NCBI GenBank assembly: GCA_963792555.1
Contig: CAWBWP010000004.1
Span: 472,809-496,808 of the forward strand
Direction: 5' to 3'
From: an uncultured Alphaproteobacteria bacterium
GTDB lineage: Bacteria > Pseudomonadota > Alphaproteobacteria > Sphingomonadales > Sphingomonadaceae
DNA: 24,000 nt
Both the position numbers and the translations under genes were made by a program. Numbering within the stretch: position 1 is the first letter of the stretch; each line of letters starts with the position of its first letter. Shown here piece after piece: positions 8,234-17,710 of this stretch. Under the pieces are notes generated by a model. That model did no database searches. It worked only from the letters and a program-made list of their open reading frames with translations, and was not told the origin of the DNA.

Positions 8234-8881
8234 TTGTTACGGCGCGACAAGGTTCGCAAGAGGGTTTCGTTCCATGCGTCTCCGCGCCTGCCCCTGCTTC
8301 TCACGCCTGCGCTGCTGGCAGTGTCTGCCTGCACGACAACGCCGTCCGCCGACGTCAAGCGCTTCCACCTTGGCCAACCGGTGGCGCGCAGCTCGATCAG
8401 CCTCGAGCCGGCGCCCGGCGCCCCGGCGGGACTCGAGTTCCAGACCTATGCCGCCGCCGTTGCCAGCGAGCTTCGCGCCCAGGGCTTCGCGCCCGTCGCA
8501 CCGGGCACGGGGGCGGCGTACATCGGCACGCTCAACATCACCCAGAACGTCGCCGTCGGCCCGCGCCGGCCGTCGCCGGTGTCGATCGGCATCGGCGGCT
8601 TCGGCTTCTCCGGCGGCCGCGGCGGCGGGGTCGGCTTTGGCGGCGGGGCGACGGTGCCGGTCGGCCAGGGCCGGCGCGACGCGGTCGAGTTCGACCAGGT
8701 CGGCCTGCAGATCAAGCGCGCGGCCGACCAGTCGCTGATCTGGGAGGGCAGCGCGACGGCGGCGCTGGACACGCGGTCGCCCCAGGCGTCGCTCGCACGC
8801 GCGGTGCCAGCGTTGGCGCGGGTTCTGCTGGCGGGCTTTCCCGGACCCTCGGGCGTGACCCAGCACGTACCGCTCCGCTGA
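8234..8881 (+). CDS. DUF4136-like lipoprotein with a Gly-rich insert
   Basis: The lipobox LLAVSAC comes after a basic N-region, and the body ends in ...LIWEGSATA..., which looks DUF4136-like from memory. I place the start at the TTG at 8234. The tracked ATG at 8138 would add 62 aa ahead of the signal peptide and overlap the galE 5' end. Confidence 0.75.
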   Translation: MLRRDKVRKRVSFHASPRLPLLLTPALLAVSACTTTPSADVKRFHLGQPVARSSISLEPAPGAPAGLEFQTYAAAVASELRAQGFAPVAPGTGAAYIGTLNITQNVAVGPRRPSPVSIGIGGFGFSGGRGGGVGFGGGATVPVGQGRRDAVEFDQVGLQIKRAADQSLIWEGSATAALDTRSPQASLARAVPALARVLLAGFPGPSGVTQHVPLR

Positions 8882-10005
8882 TGGCGGTTGCGGTCAGCGC
8901 CGGATTTGACGGCGGCAATATCGAGGTCCGCCGCTGCACCGGGGCGCACGACATCGAACTGGCGATCCGGCGCGATCATGCCAGCGACTTCTACCAGTGG
9001 TTCCACTTCCGCCTGAGCGGCGCGCGCGGTCAGCGCTGCACCGTGCGGATCGTCAACTGCGCCGGCTCGGCCTATCCCGGCGGCTGGCCCGACTACCGCG
9101 CGGCGGCTTCGGCCGACCGGGTCCACTGGACGCGGGTCGACACGAGCTACGTCGACGGCGTGCTGACGATCGACGTGACGCCGGCGGCCGACAGCCTGTG
9201 GCTGGCCTATTTCGCGCCGTACAGCATGGAACGTCACCACGACCTCGTCGCCCGCATCGCGCAGGAACCGGGGGTGATGACACGCGTCCTCGGGCAGACC
9301 CTCGATGGGCAGGACCTCGACGTCGTCGAAGTCGGCGACGGCCCGCGCCACGTCTGGCTCTACGCCCGCCAGCATCCGGGCGAGACGATGGCCGAATGGT
9401 GGATGGAAGGCGCACTCGAACGCCTGGTCGAACCCGACGATGCCGTCGCCATCGGCCTGCGGTCGCGCGCGCGGCTGCACCTCGTCCCCAACATGAATCC
9501 GGACGGGTCGCGGCGCGGACACCTGCGGACCAACGCCGCCGGGGCCAATCTCAACCGCGAATGGGCCGCGCCGACGCGCGACCGCTCGCCCGAGGTGCTC
9601 CACGTGCTGGCGGCGATGGACGCGACCGGCGTCGACTTCGCCATGGACGTCCACGGCGACGAGACGCTGCCGCACAATTTCATCGCCGGCTTCGAGGGTA
9701 TCCCGGCGATCACCGACCGGCAGCTCGGCCTGCTGGCGGAATATCGCCACATCCTCGCGCGGATCAGCCCCGATTTCCAGACTCGCGTCGGCTATCCGAT
9801 CTCGGCTCCGGGCAAGGCCAATCTGACGATGAGCACCAATCAGCTCGCCAACCGCTTCGGCTGCCTCGCGATGACGCTCGAGATGCCGTTCAAGGACGCC
9901 GCCGAGAACCCCGATCCGGTTGCCGGCTGGTCGCCGGAGCGGTCGAAGCAGCTTGGCCGCGACTGCCTCGCCGCCCTGCTTGAGGTGGTCGACCGCCTGC
10001 GCTAG
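8881..10005 (+). CDS. M14-family zinc carboxypeptidase, cytosolic-carboxypeptidase-like (M14D-type N-domain)
   Basis: Zinc and catalytic motifs are QHPGE, NPDG and DVHGDE. The N-terminal beta-domain contains FYQWFHFRL. The ATG overlaps the upstream stop (TGATG). Confidence 0.9.
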   Translation: MAVAVSAGFDGGNIEVRRCTGAHDIELAIRRDHASDFYQWFHFRLSGARGQRCTVRIVNCAGSAYPGGWPDYRAAASADRVHWTRVDTSYVDGVLTIDVTPAADSLWLAYFAPYSMERHHDLVARIAQEPGVMTRVLGQTLDGQDLDVVEVGDGPRHVWLYARQHPGETMAEWWMEGALERLVEPDDAVAIGLRSRARLHLVPNMNPDGSRRGHLRTNAAGANLNREWAAPTRDRSPEVLHVLAAMDATGVDFAMDVHGDETLPHNFIAGFEGIPAITDRQLGLLAEYRHILARISPDFQTRVGYPISAPGKANLTMSTNQLANRFGCLAMTLEMPFKDAAENPDPVAGWSPERSKQLGRDCLAALLEVVDRLR

Positions 10006-10116
10006 GCGGCGGCGATGCGCCTCGTTGCCGACGACCTTCACCCTCCCGCCGTCGCGGCCTGCGGCGGCCGCGGCCCGGACCCGTTCCTCACCTTCCTGCA
10101 CCTGGACCTGTGACCC

Positions 10117-10797
10117 ATGCCGACGCTCGTCCTCATCCGCCACGGCCAGTCGGCATGGAACCTGGAGAACCGCTTCACCGGCTGGTGGGACGTGCCGCTG
10201 ACCGAGCGCGGCATTGCCGAGGCCACCGCCGCCGGCGTCCTGCTGCGGACCCGCGGCTATGATTTCGACCGTGTCTTCACCAGCGTCCAGTCGCGCGCGA
10301 TCAAGACCGGCTTCCTGATGCTGGAGGCGATGGACCGGCTCTGGCTGCCGGTGACCAAGGACTGGCGGCTGAACGAGCGCCACTATGGCGGCCTGACCGG
10401 GCTGAACAAGGCCGAGACGGCGGCGGCGCACGGCGAGGCGCAGGTCCACCTCTGGCGGCGGTCCTTCGACGTGCCGCCGCCGCCGATGGCACCGGGCGGG
10501 CCGTTCGATCTAGCCGGCGACCGGCGCTACGCCGGGGTCGCCGTACCGCCAACGGAGAGTTTGAAGGACACCATTGCCCGCGTCCTGCCGTATTGGGAGG
10601 CGGCGATCGCCCCGGCGTTGCGGGCGGGCGAGCGTGTCGTCGTCGCCGCGCATGGCAACTCGCTGCGGGCGCTGGTCAAGCACCTCTCGGGGATCGGCGA
10701 CGCGGAGATCGCCGAGCTCGAAATCCCGACGGGGGCACCGATCGTCTATACCCTGGACGTCGACCTGCACGCGACAGCGCGCTTTTACCTCGACTAA
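10117..10797 (+). CDS. gpmA: 2,3-bisphosphoglycerate-dependent phosphoglycerate mutase
   Basis: Begins [32 protein letters not shown], which includes the RHG catalytic motif. The 226-aa length is typical. Confidence 0.97.
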   Translation: MPTLVLIRHGQSAWNLENRFTGWWDVPLTERGIAEATAAGVLLRTRGYDFDRVFTSVQSRAIKTGFLMLEAMDRLWLPVTKDWRLNERHYGGLTGLNKAETAAAHGEAQVHLWRRSFDVPPPPMAPGGPFDLAGDRRYAGVAVPPTESLKDTIARVLPYWEAAIAPALRAGERVVVAAHGNSLRALVKHLSGIGDAEIAELEIPTGAPIVYTLDVDLHATARFYLD

Positions 10798-10997
10798 CAC
10801 AGCCTTGCCGGCGGCGTACGGTGGTGCAACCGGGACGCGCCGGCGACCCCAGCCTTCGCCGATTTCGGCGTTGCCCAGGAGCACCCGCCATTAAGAGCGG
10901 GTTCACGGGCCACGTGAAAGATCGCCGGTCGTGACACCCCGTGGGAAAGCCGCGCCGTGTCGCGTATCGCCTTGACGATGTTCATGGGAGCTGGTGC

Positions 10998-11417
10998 ATG
11001 AAGCGGTTTCTTCTCGGTGCCGCCCTCGCCGCGACCGTCGCCACGACGATGGCGACGCCGGCTGCAGCGTGGTGGCGCGCGGGGTATTATGTCCGACCAT
11101 CCTATTACGGATACGGCTATTACCCGCCGTATCCGGTCTATCGGCCTTATTATTACGCGCCGCCGCCGGTCTATTACGCCCCGCCGCCGGTGTATGTCGC
11201 GCCGACCTATTACGGCTATGGCGGTTATCCCGCCTATGCGCCGGCACCGGTCTATCGCTACCGCTGCCGCAGCTCCGGGGGCGGCGCGATCCTGGGAGCG
11301 ATCGCCGGCGGGCTGATCGGCAACGCCGCCGGCAGTCGCTACGATCGCGGCCTGTCGACGGTGGCGGGGGCCGGCGTCGGCGCGGCGGTCGGTGATTCGG
11401 TCGAGCGCAACTGCTAG
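10998..11417 (+). CDS. Secreted Tyr/Pro-rich protein with a C-terminal glycine-zipper (17-kDa-antigen-like) domain
   Basis: ATG at 10998 is preceded by GGGAG with a 7-nt spacer. The signal peptide is MKRFLLGAALAATVATTMATPAAA. A Y/P-rich region follows (YYGYGYYPPYPVYRPYYYAPPPVYYAPPPVYV...), then GGGAILGAIAGGLIGNAAG...GAGVGAAVG. Confidence 0.8.
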   Translation: MKRFLLGAALAATVATTMATPAAAWWRAGYYVRPSYYGYGYYPPYPVYRPYYYAPPPVYYAPPPVYVAPTYYGYGGYPAYAPAPVYRYRCRSSGGGAILGAIAGGLIGNAAGSRYDRGLSTVAGAGVGAAVGDSVERNC

Positions 11418-11439
11418 GCCCGACTGTGGAGCGAGCCGC

Positions 11440-12577
11440 CTAGTCGGTCAGCTCGCTCCACATGCCCTTGATCTTGGCGAAGAAGCCCGACTGTGCCGGG
11501 AAGTTGCCCTCGCCCGCTTCGAGCGCCTGAAACTCCTCGAGCAGTTCGCGCTGCCGTCGCGACAGCTTGACCGGAGTCTCGACGTCGATCTGGACGACAA
11601 GGTCGCCGAAACCGGTGCTACGGCCGGTATTCGACAGCGCCGGCATGCCGCGGCCGCGAATGCGGAGCTGCTTGCCCGACTGGGTACCAGCCGGGACCTT
11701 GATCGTTGCCGGCTGCTGGTCGAGCCCGGGCACCTCGATCTCGCCGCCAAGCGCCGCCGTGGTGATCGACACCGGCACCTGGGCGAACAGGGTGGTGCCC
11801 TCGCGCTTGAAGATCGCGTGCGGTTTCAGCGCGATGAAGATGTAGAGGTCGCCCGGTCCGGCGCCGCGCTGCCCGGCTTCGCCTTCGCCGGCGACGCGGA
11901 TGCGCGTGCCGTCGTCGACGCCGGCGGGGATCTTGACCTCCAGCGTCTTCTCGCGCTCGACCCGCCCGGCACCGTGACAGGTCTCGCACGGGTCGGCGAT
12001 GATCTGGCCGCTGCCGTGGCACTGCGGACAGGCACGCTCGACCATGAACATGCCCTGGCGCATGCCGACCTTGCCCTGGCCGCGGCAGGTGGCGCAGGTC
12101 TTGGCACTGGTACCCGGCTTCGCCCCGCGGCCGTCGCAGGTCGTGCAGGTCGCGGCGACTTCCATGGTCAGGCTGGCGCTCTTGCCGGCGAACGCCTCCT
12201 CGAAGGTCAGCTCGAGGTCATAGCGCAGATCCTGCCCGCGCCCCGACGGCTGCCGCCCGCGCCCGGTGAACTGGCCGAAGATGTCCTCGAAGATGTCGGA
12301 GAAGCCGGCGAACCCCGGCCCCGCGCCACGCGCCGCCGCCGCCGCCGCCCTGGAACGCGGCCTTGCCGTAGCGGTCGTAGGCGGCGCGCTTCTGCGGGTC
12401 CTTCAGACAGTCATAGGCCTCGCTGATCGCCTTGAAGCGCGCCTCCGCGGCGGGGTCGCCGGGGTTCTTGTCGGGGTGCCACTTGATCGCCAGGCGGCGA
12501 TAAGCCGACTTCAGCGTCGCATCGTCCGCACCGCGCTCGCACTCGAGCAGCTCGTAATAGTCGATGTCGGTGGTCAT
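11440..12577 (-). pseudogene. dnaJ: Molecular chaperone DnaJ, interrupted by a frameshift in the Gly-rich linker (true pseudogene or sequence error)
   Basis: The J-domain ([11 protein letters not shown]...HPDKNPGD...[16 protein letters not shown]) is in one frame from 12577. The G/F region, the four CxxCxGxG zinc-finger repeats and the C-terminal domain (...[16 protein letters not shown]...CTTCDGRG...) are in another frame that ends at 11440. The span is 1138 nt (3x379+1), so it is not a multiple of 3. Confidence 0.85.
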
Positions 12578-12595
12578 TGACGCTTGCCCCCGGTG

Positions 12596-12618
12596 CCGGC
12601 GCGCGGAGTGCGCGCCGG
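12596..12618 (-). promoter_or_regulatory. dnaK-dnaJ intergenic stem-loop (9-bp GC stem, 5-nt loop)
   Basis: CCGGCGCGC (12596-12604), loop ggagt, GCGCGCCGG (12610-12618). It lies in the 48-nt gap between the dnaK stop at 12626 and the dnaJ ATG at 12577. Confidence 0.5.
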
Positions 12619-12625
12619 CCGGCCC

Positions 12626-14512
<1,887 letters not shown>

Positions 14513-14600
14513 TTTAGTCCTTTGTCTCACAAACGGTTGGCGCAGTGCACCGGCGGTCGGGCCCTCGCGTGAAGCGACCCGGCCCGGTGCGATGGGGCCG

Positions 14601-14628
14601 ATATAGTGAGCGCATAAGTCGCTGCAAG
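14601..14628 (-). promoter_or_regulatory. Putative sigma-32 (RpoH) heat-shock promoter of dnaK
   Basis: The minus strand reads CTTG-N17-aCTATAT (CTTGCAGCGACTTATGCGCTCACTATAT). This fits the alphaproteobacterial RpoH consensus CTTG-N17-CYTATNT, with one mismatch at the first position of the downstream element. It lies about 90 nt upstream of the dnaK ATG. Confidence 0.5.
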
Positions 14629-14732
14629 CGCGTCGCCGGCCAGGCCTTGTCGTCGACGCATCACCGCGCCACATCGACGGCGACGGACCCCAGGCGCTAA
14701 TGACCAGCGCGGGGAAGAGCGGAGGTTGAGGC

Positions 14733-15209
14733 GTGTCACGGGTTCTGGGCTGGCTGGCGTGCGCCGTGTCGGTGGTGTTGCTGGTCGTGGCGATGGTGAC
14801 CGGAACCGCCCCGGCGCTGGCTGCGCCGGTGGCGACCGTCACGGACGCGTGGGTCCGGCTGCCGGCGGTGCCGGGCCGTCCGGCTGCCGGCTATTTCACG
14901 CTGAAGGCAACGACGCCGGCGCGCCTGACCGGGGTTACTAGCCCGGCCGCGCGGGTCGAACTGCACAGCATGGCAATGGCGGGCGGCGTCATGCACATGG
15001 CCGCCATGCCGTCGGTCGCGGTTGCTGCCGGGCAGACGATCCGCTTCGCGCCGGGCGGCGATCACCTGATGCTGTTCGACCTGCCCGCCGGCGTCGCGCC
15101 CGGGTCGCCGCTGGTGTTGACCTTCACCTTTGCCGGCGGTGCGTCGCAGACGGTTGCCGCCGCCGTCGTTCCCGCCGGCGCGCCCGCTGCCGGGCATGGC
15201 GGTCGCTAG
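14733..15209 (+). CDS. Periplasmic copper chaperone PCu(A)C (DUF461)
   Basis: GTG at 14733 is preceded by GGAGG with a 7-nt spacer, and a signal peptide is present. The exact H-x10-M-x21-H-x-M copper motif is seen in [14 protein letters not shown]...GGDHLM. Confidence 0.85.
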   Translation: MSRVLGWLACAVSVVLLVVAMVTGTAPALAAPVATVTDAWVRLPAVPGRPAAGYFTLKATTPARLTGVTSPAARVELHSMAMAGGVMHMAAMPSVAVAAGQTIRFAPGGDHLMLFDLPAGVAPGSPLVLTFTFAGGASQTVAAAVVPAGAPAAGHGGR

Positions 15210-15678
15210 GACCGTCCGCCCGCTGACCGTCGGCGAGCGCACTATCGCCGCAGAGGTTTTCGGTACGGCGCTCGATCCGCTTCCGGTCACGCTGCGGCGG
15301 CGCACCTGGTTCCCGCTGCAGCCACGCGCCGTCGTCATGGCCCCCGACGGGCATATCTGGTTCCATCCCAAGGGGCCGCATTGGCGCGACGACTTCGCCG
15401 CCGCCGGCCTTTCGCTCAGGGTCCTCCTGGTTCACGAGCTGACCCATGTCTGGCAGGTGCAGTCGGGGCTCAACCTGGTCCTTCGCCGCCGGCCCTTCGC
15501 GCGCTACGCCTATCTGCCGCTGACGCCGGGCAGGGCGTTCGTGGCTTACGGCATCGAGCAGCAGGCGTGCATCGTCGCCGACGCCTATTTTCTGGCACAG
15601 GGCGGACGGGTGCCCGGCGCGCCGCCGCTCGGCGACTATGCCGCGCTGATCCCGTTCGCGCCGCCGCCGACGACGTAG
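15196..15678 (+). CDS. HExxH-motif protein (putative zincin, 'vgr-related'/DUF4157-like)
   Basis: The internal ATG at 15196 ([15 protein letters not shown]...) overlaps the PCu(A)C 3' end by 14 nt. The LLVHELTHVWQ motif follows a ...VMAPDGHIWFHP... block. The family assignment is from memory only. Confidence 0.7.
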   Translation: MAVARTVRPLTVGERTIAAEVFGTALDPLPVTLRRRTWFPLQPRAVVMAPDGHIWFHPKGPHWRDDFAAAGLSLRVLLVHELTHVWQVQSGLNLVLRRRPFARYAYLPLTPGRAFVAYGIEQQACIVADAYFLAQGGRVPGAPPLGDYAALIPFAPPPTT

Positions 15679-16007
15679 AGCGCCGGTCCTGCCGCCTTGG
15701 TCATGGCCTCGCGCAGCGGCCGCTCGCCGGTGACATCGTAGACATGGGCGTCGATCGTCACCTGCTCGGCGTCGATCGCGGCCTTGAACTCGACCATCGT
15801 CGGCGTTCCGAGGTAGGCGCGCAGGGCGGCCTCGTCCTCCCAGCGTTCGACCAAACTCAGAATGCCATCGGTTTCGCTCTCGACCGAAAACGAATAGCTG
15901 AGACAGCCGCTCGCTTCCCACGTAAACTGCATGATCCGGTCGAGCAGCGGTCGCAGCCGCGGGATCGATGCCGGATCGACTTCGATCCGCGCGACGACGA
16001 TGATCAT
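15636..16007 (-). CDS. Antibiotic-biosynthesis-monooxygenase (ABM) domain protein
   Basis: ATG at 16007 is preceded by GGGGAG with a 6-nt spacer. The sequence MIIVVARIEVDP...LSYSFSVE...LSLVERWEDEAALRAYL fits a ferredoxin-like ABM fold pattern. It lies 24 nt downstream of grpE. Confidence 0.8.
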   Translation of the reverse strand: MIIVVARIEVDPASIPRLRPLLDRIMQFTWEASGCLSYSFSVESETDGILSLVERWEDEAALRAYLGTPTMVEFKAAIDAEQVTIDAHVYDVTGERPLREAMTKAAGPALYVVGGGANGISAA

Positions 16008-16031
16008 GCCCTGCTCCCCTGGCTGCCGCGG

Positions 16032-16592
16032 TCAGGCGGCGTCGGTCTGCCCCTCGGCGCGCGCCTTGGCAACGCTGACCAACGCCGGGCGCAGCAGCCG
16101 GTCCTTGATCGTATAGCCGGCCTGCAGCTCGGCGACGATGGCGCCGGGCGCGTGCGTGTCCGACTCGACCTCAATCATCGCCTGGTGGCGGTTGGGGTCG
16201 AGCTTGCCGTCGGCCTCGACCCGCGTGATGCCGTGGCGGGTGAGGACGGTGGTCAGCTCGCGCTCGGTCGCGGCGATCCCGGTCTTGACCGCCGCGAACT
16301 CCGGCGCATCGGCCGGCAGCGCGGCGACGGCACGCGCGAGATTATCGGCCACGCCCAGCAGATCGCGGGCGAAGCTGGTCATGGCGTAGGTCGAGGCGTC
16401 GGTCTTCTCGCGCTCCAGCCGGCGGCGGACGTTCTCGGTCTCGGCCGCCGCGCGCAGCAGCCGGTCCTTCAGCGCGGCGACCTCGTCGGTCAGGCGGACA
16501 ACCTCGGCGGACAGGTCGGGCGGGCCGCTTTCGGCTTCGCTGGTCCCGGTCGGCGTCGGGTCGGTCATCGTCTCGGTGTTCATGTCGGTCAT
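16032..16592 (-). CDS. grpE: Nucleotide exchange factor GrpE
   Basis: 186 aa starting at MTDMNTET.... Contains ...LKDRLLRAAAETENVRRRLEREK...RHGITRVEA..LDPNRHQAM..., which is GrpE-like. The ATG at 16592 overlaps the hrcA stop (ATGA). The rest of the tracked 543-aa ORF is junk in the same frame. Confidence 0.95.
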   Translation of the reverse strand: MTDMNTETMTDPTPTGTSEAESGPPDLSAEVVRLTDEVAALKDRLLRAAAETENVRRRLEREKTDASTYAMTSFARDLLGVADNLARAVAALPADAPEFAAVKTGIAATERELTTVLTRHGITRVEADGKLDPNRHQAMIEVESDTHAPGAIVAELQAGYTIKDRLLRPALVSVAKARAEGQTDAA

Positions 16593-17626
16593 GCGATCAA
16601 CCTGCTTAGGGTACGGGCGGTATAATCCACCATCGGAACGACGCGGGCGTAATTCAAGCGGGTCGGGCCGATGACGCCGACGACGCCGACCACCCGGCCG
16701 CTGCCGGCGCGGTAGGGCGCGGCGATGACACTGGAGCCGGACAGCGAGAACAGCTTGTTCTCGGAACCGATGAAGATCTTGCACGCCTCGCCGCTCGTCG
16801 CCGAGTCGAGCAGGCGGACGAGGTCCTCCTTGCCCTCGAGGTCGTCGAGCAGCGTGCGGACGCGGTCGAGGTCGGTGGCGTCGGCGATCAGGTGGGCGCT
16901 GCCGCGGACGATCAGGATCGGCCGCGCCGCGCCGTCCGACGACCAGCTGGCCAGCCCGGTTTCGACCAGGTCGCGCGTCAGCACGTCGAGCTGGGCGCGG
17001 TCGGCGTCGATGTCGGCGCGCAGCCGTCGCGCCGCCTCGCTCAGCGTGACCCCGGTCAGGCGCGCGTTGATGAAGTTCGCCGCCTCGATCAGCGCCGCCG
17101 CCGGCAGGTCGGGCGGCAGGTCGAGGACGCGGTTCTCGACGTCGCCGTCGGTGCCGACGAGCACCGCCAGTGCCCGCGCCGGCGACAGCGGCACAAAGCT
17201 GACCTGGCGCAGGATCATCTCGTGGCGCGGGACGAGGACGATGCCGGCACAAGCGCTCAGGCCGGCCAGGACCGAGGTGGTCCGCCCGAGAATGTCCTCC
17301 AGCGACGCCGGCGCCACCAGCTGGCTCTCGATCGCCCCGCGCTCGGCCTCGGTCGGCGCGCTGGTCTGCATCATCCCGTCGACGAACAGGCGCAGCCCGA
17401 GTTCGGTCGGCACCCGCCCGGCCGAGGTATGCGGCGCGGCGAGCAGTCCAAGCTCCTCCAGGTCCTGCATGACGTTGCGGATCGACGCCGGCGACAGGCC
17501 GAGCGCCGACAGCTTGGACAAGGTGCGCGAGCCGACCGGGCTGCCGCGCTCGATGTACGCTTCGACGATCTGGCGGAACACATCGCGGGCGCGGTCGGTC
17601 AGCTCGGTGATCGGCGGCGGCGACAT
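16589..17626 (-). CDS. hrcA: Heat-inducible transcription repressor HrcA
   Basis: Begins ...LTDRARDVFRQIVEAYIERGSPVGSRTLSK (winged-helix N-terminus) and is HrcA-like along its whole length. I place the start at the ATG at 17626; the GTG at 17647 is an alternative. Confidence 0.93.
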   Translation of the reverse strand: MSPPPITELTDRARDVFRQIVEAYIERGSPVGSRTLSKLSALGLSPASIRNVMQDLEELGLLAAPHTSAGRVPTELGLRLFVDGMMQTSAPTEAERGAIESQLVAPASLEDILGRTTSVLAGLSACAGIVLVPRHEMILRQVSFVPLSPARALAVLVGTDGDVENRVLDLPPDLPAAALIEAANFINARLTGVTLSEAARRLRADIDADRAQLDVLTRDLVETGLASWSSDGAARPILIVRGSAHLIADATDLDRVRTLLDDLEGKEDLVRLLDSATSGEACKIFIGSENKLFSLSGSSVIAAPYRAGSGRVVGVVGVIGPTRLNYARVVPMVDYTARTLSRLIA

Positions 17627-17710
17627 GGCTGCCCCGTGTAATCGCACGCGGGGTTCCGCTCAACCGGGGGAGCGGCTAGACGACGAACTCAAGCGAAGAG
17701 GAACCTGCCC

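Noticed and set aside
8446-10449. 667-aa minus-strand ORF, the longest ORF in this part of the window
   Set aside because: It is antisense to the well-supported M14 peptidase and gpmA genes. Its product is Arg/Ala/Gly/Pro-rich with no recognisable motif. This is a typical high-GC shadow ORF.
12313-12349. Programmed ribosomal frameshifting as the explanation for the split dnaJ
   Set aside because: There is no slippery heptamer (X XXY YYZ) or downstream pseudoknot-like structure at the switch region. An indel in the (GGC)n/C4 tract is the simpler explanation.
16593-17663. The N-terminal 357 codons of the tracked 543-aa minus ORF, which ends as grpE
   Set aside because: This stretch overlaps hrcA in another frame and is Arg/Pro/Gly-rich junk. 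GrpE-like sequence begins only at the ATG at 16592. The same reasoning removes the upstream extensions of murA, dnaK, galE, the SDR gene and hemW.
17627-17710. Possible sigma-32 or CIRCE element in the hrcA/rph divergent spacer (CTTGAGT...CCCCCGGT)
   Set aside because: The spacing and the -10 region do not fit either the E. coli or the alphaproteobacterial RpoH consensus. No TTAGCACTC/GAGTGCTAA half-sites are present.
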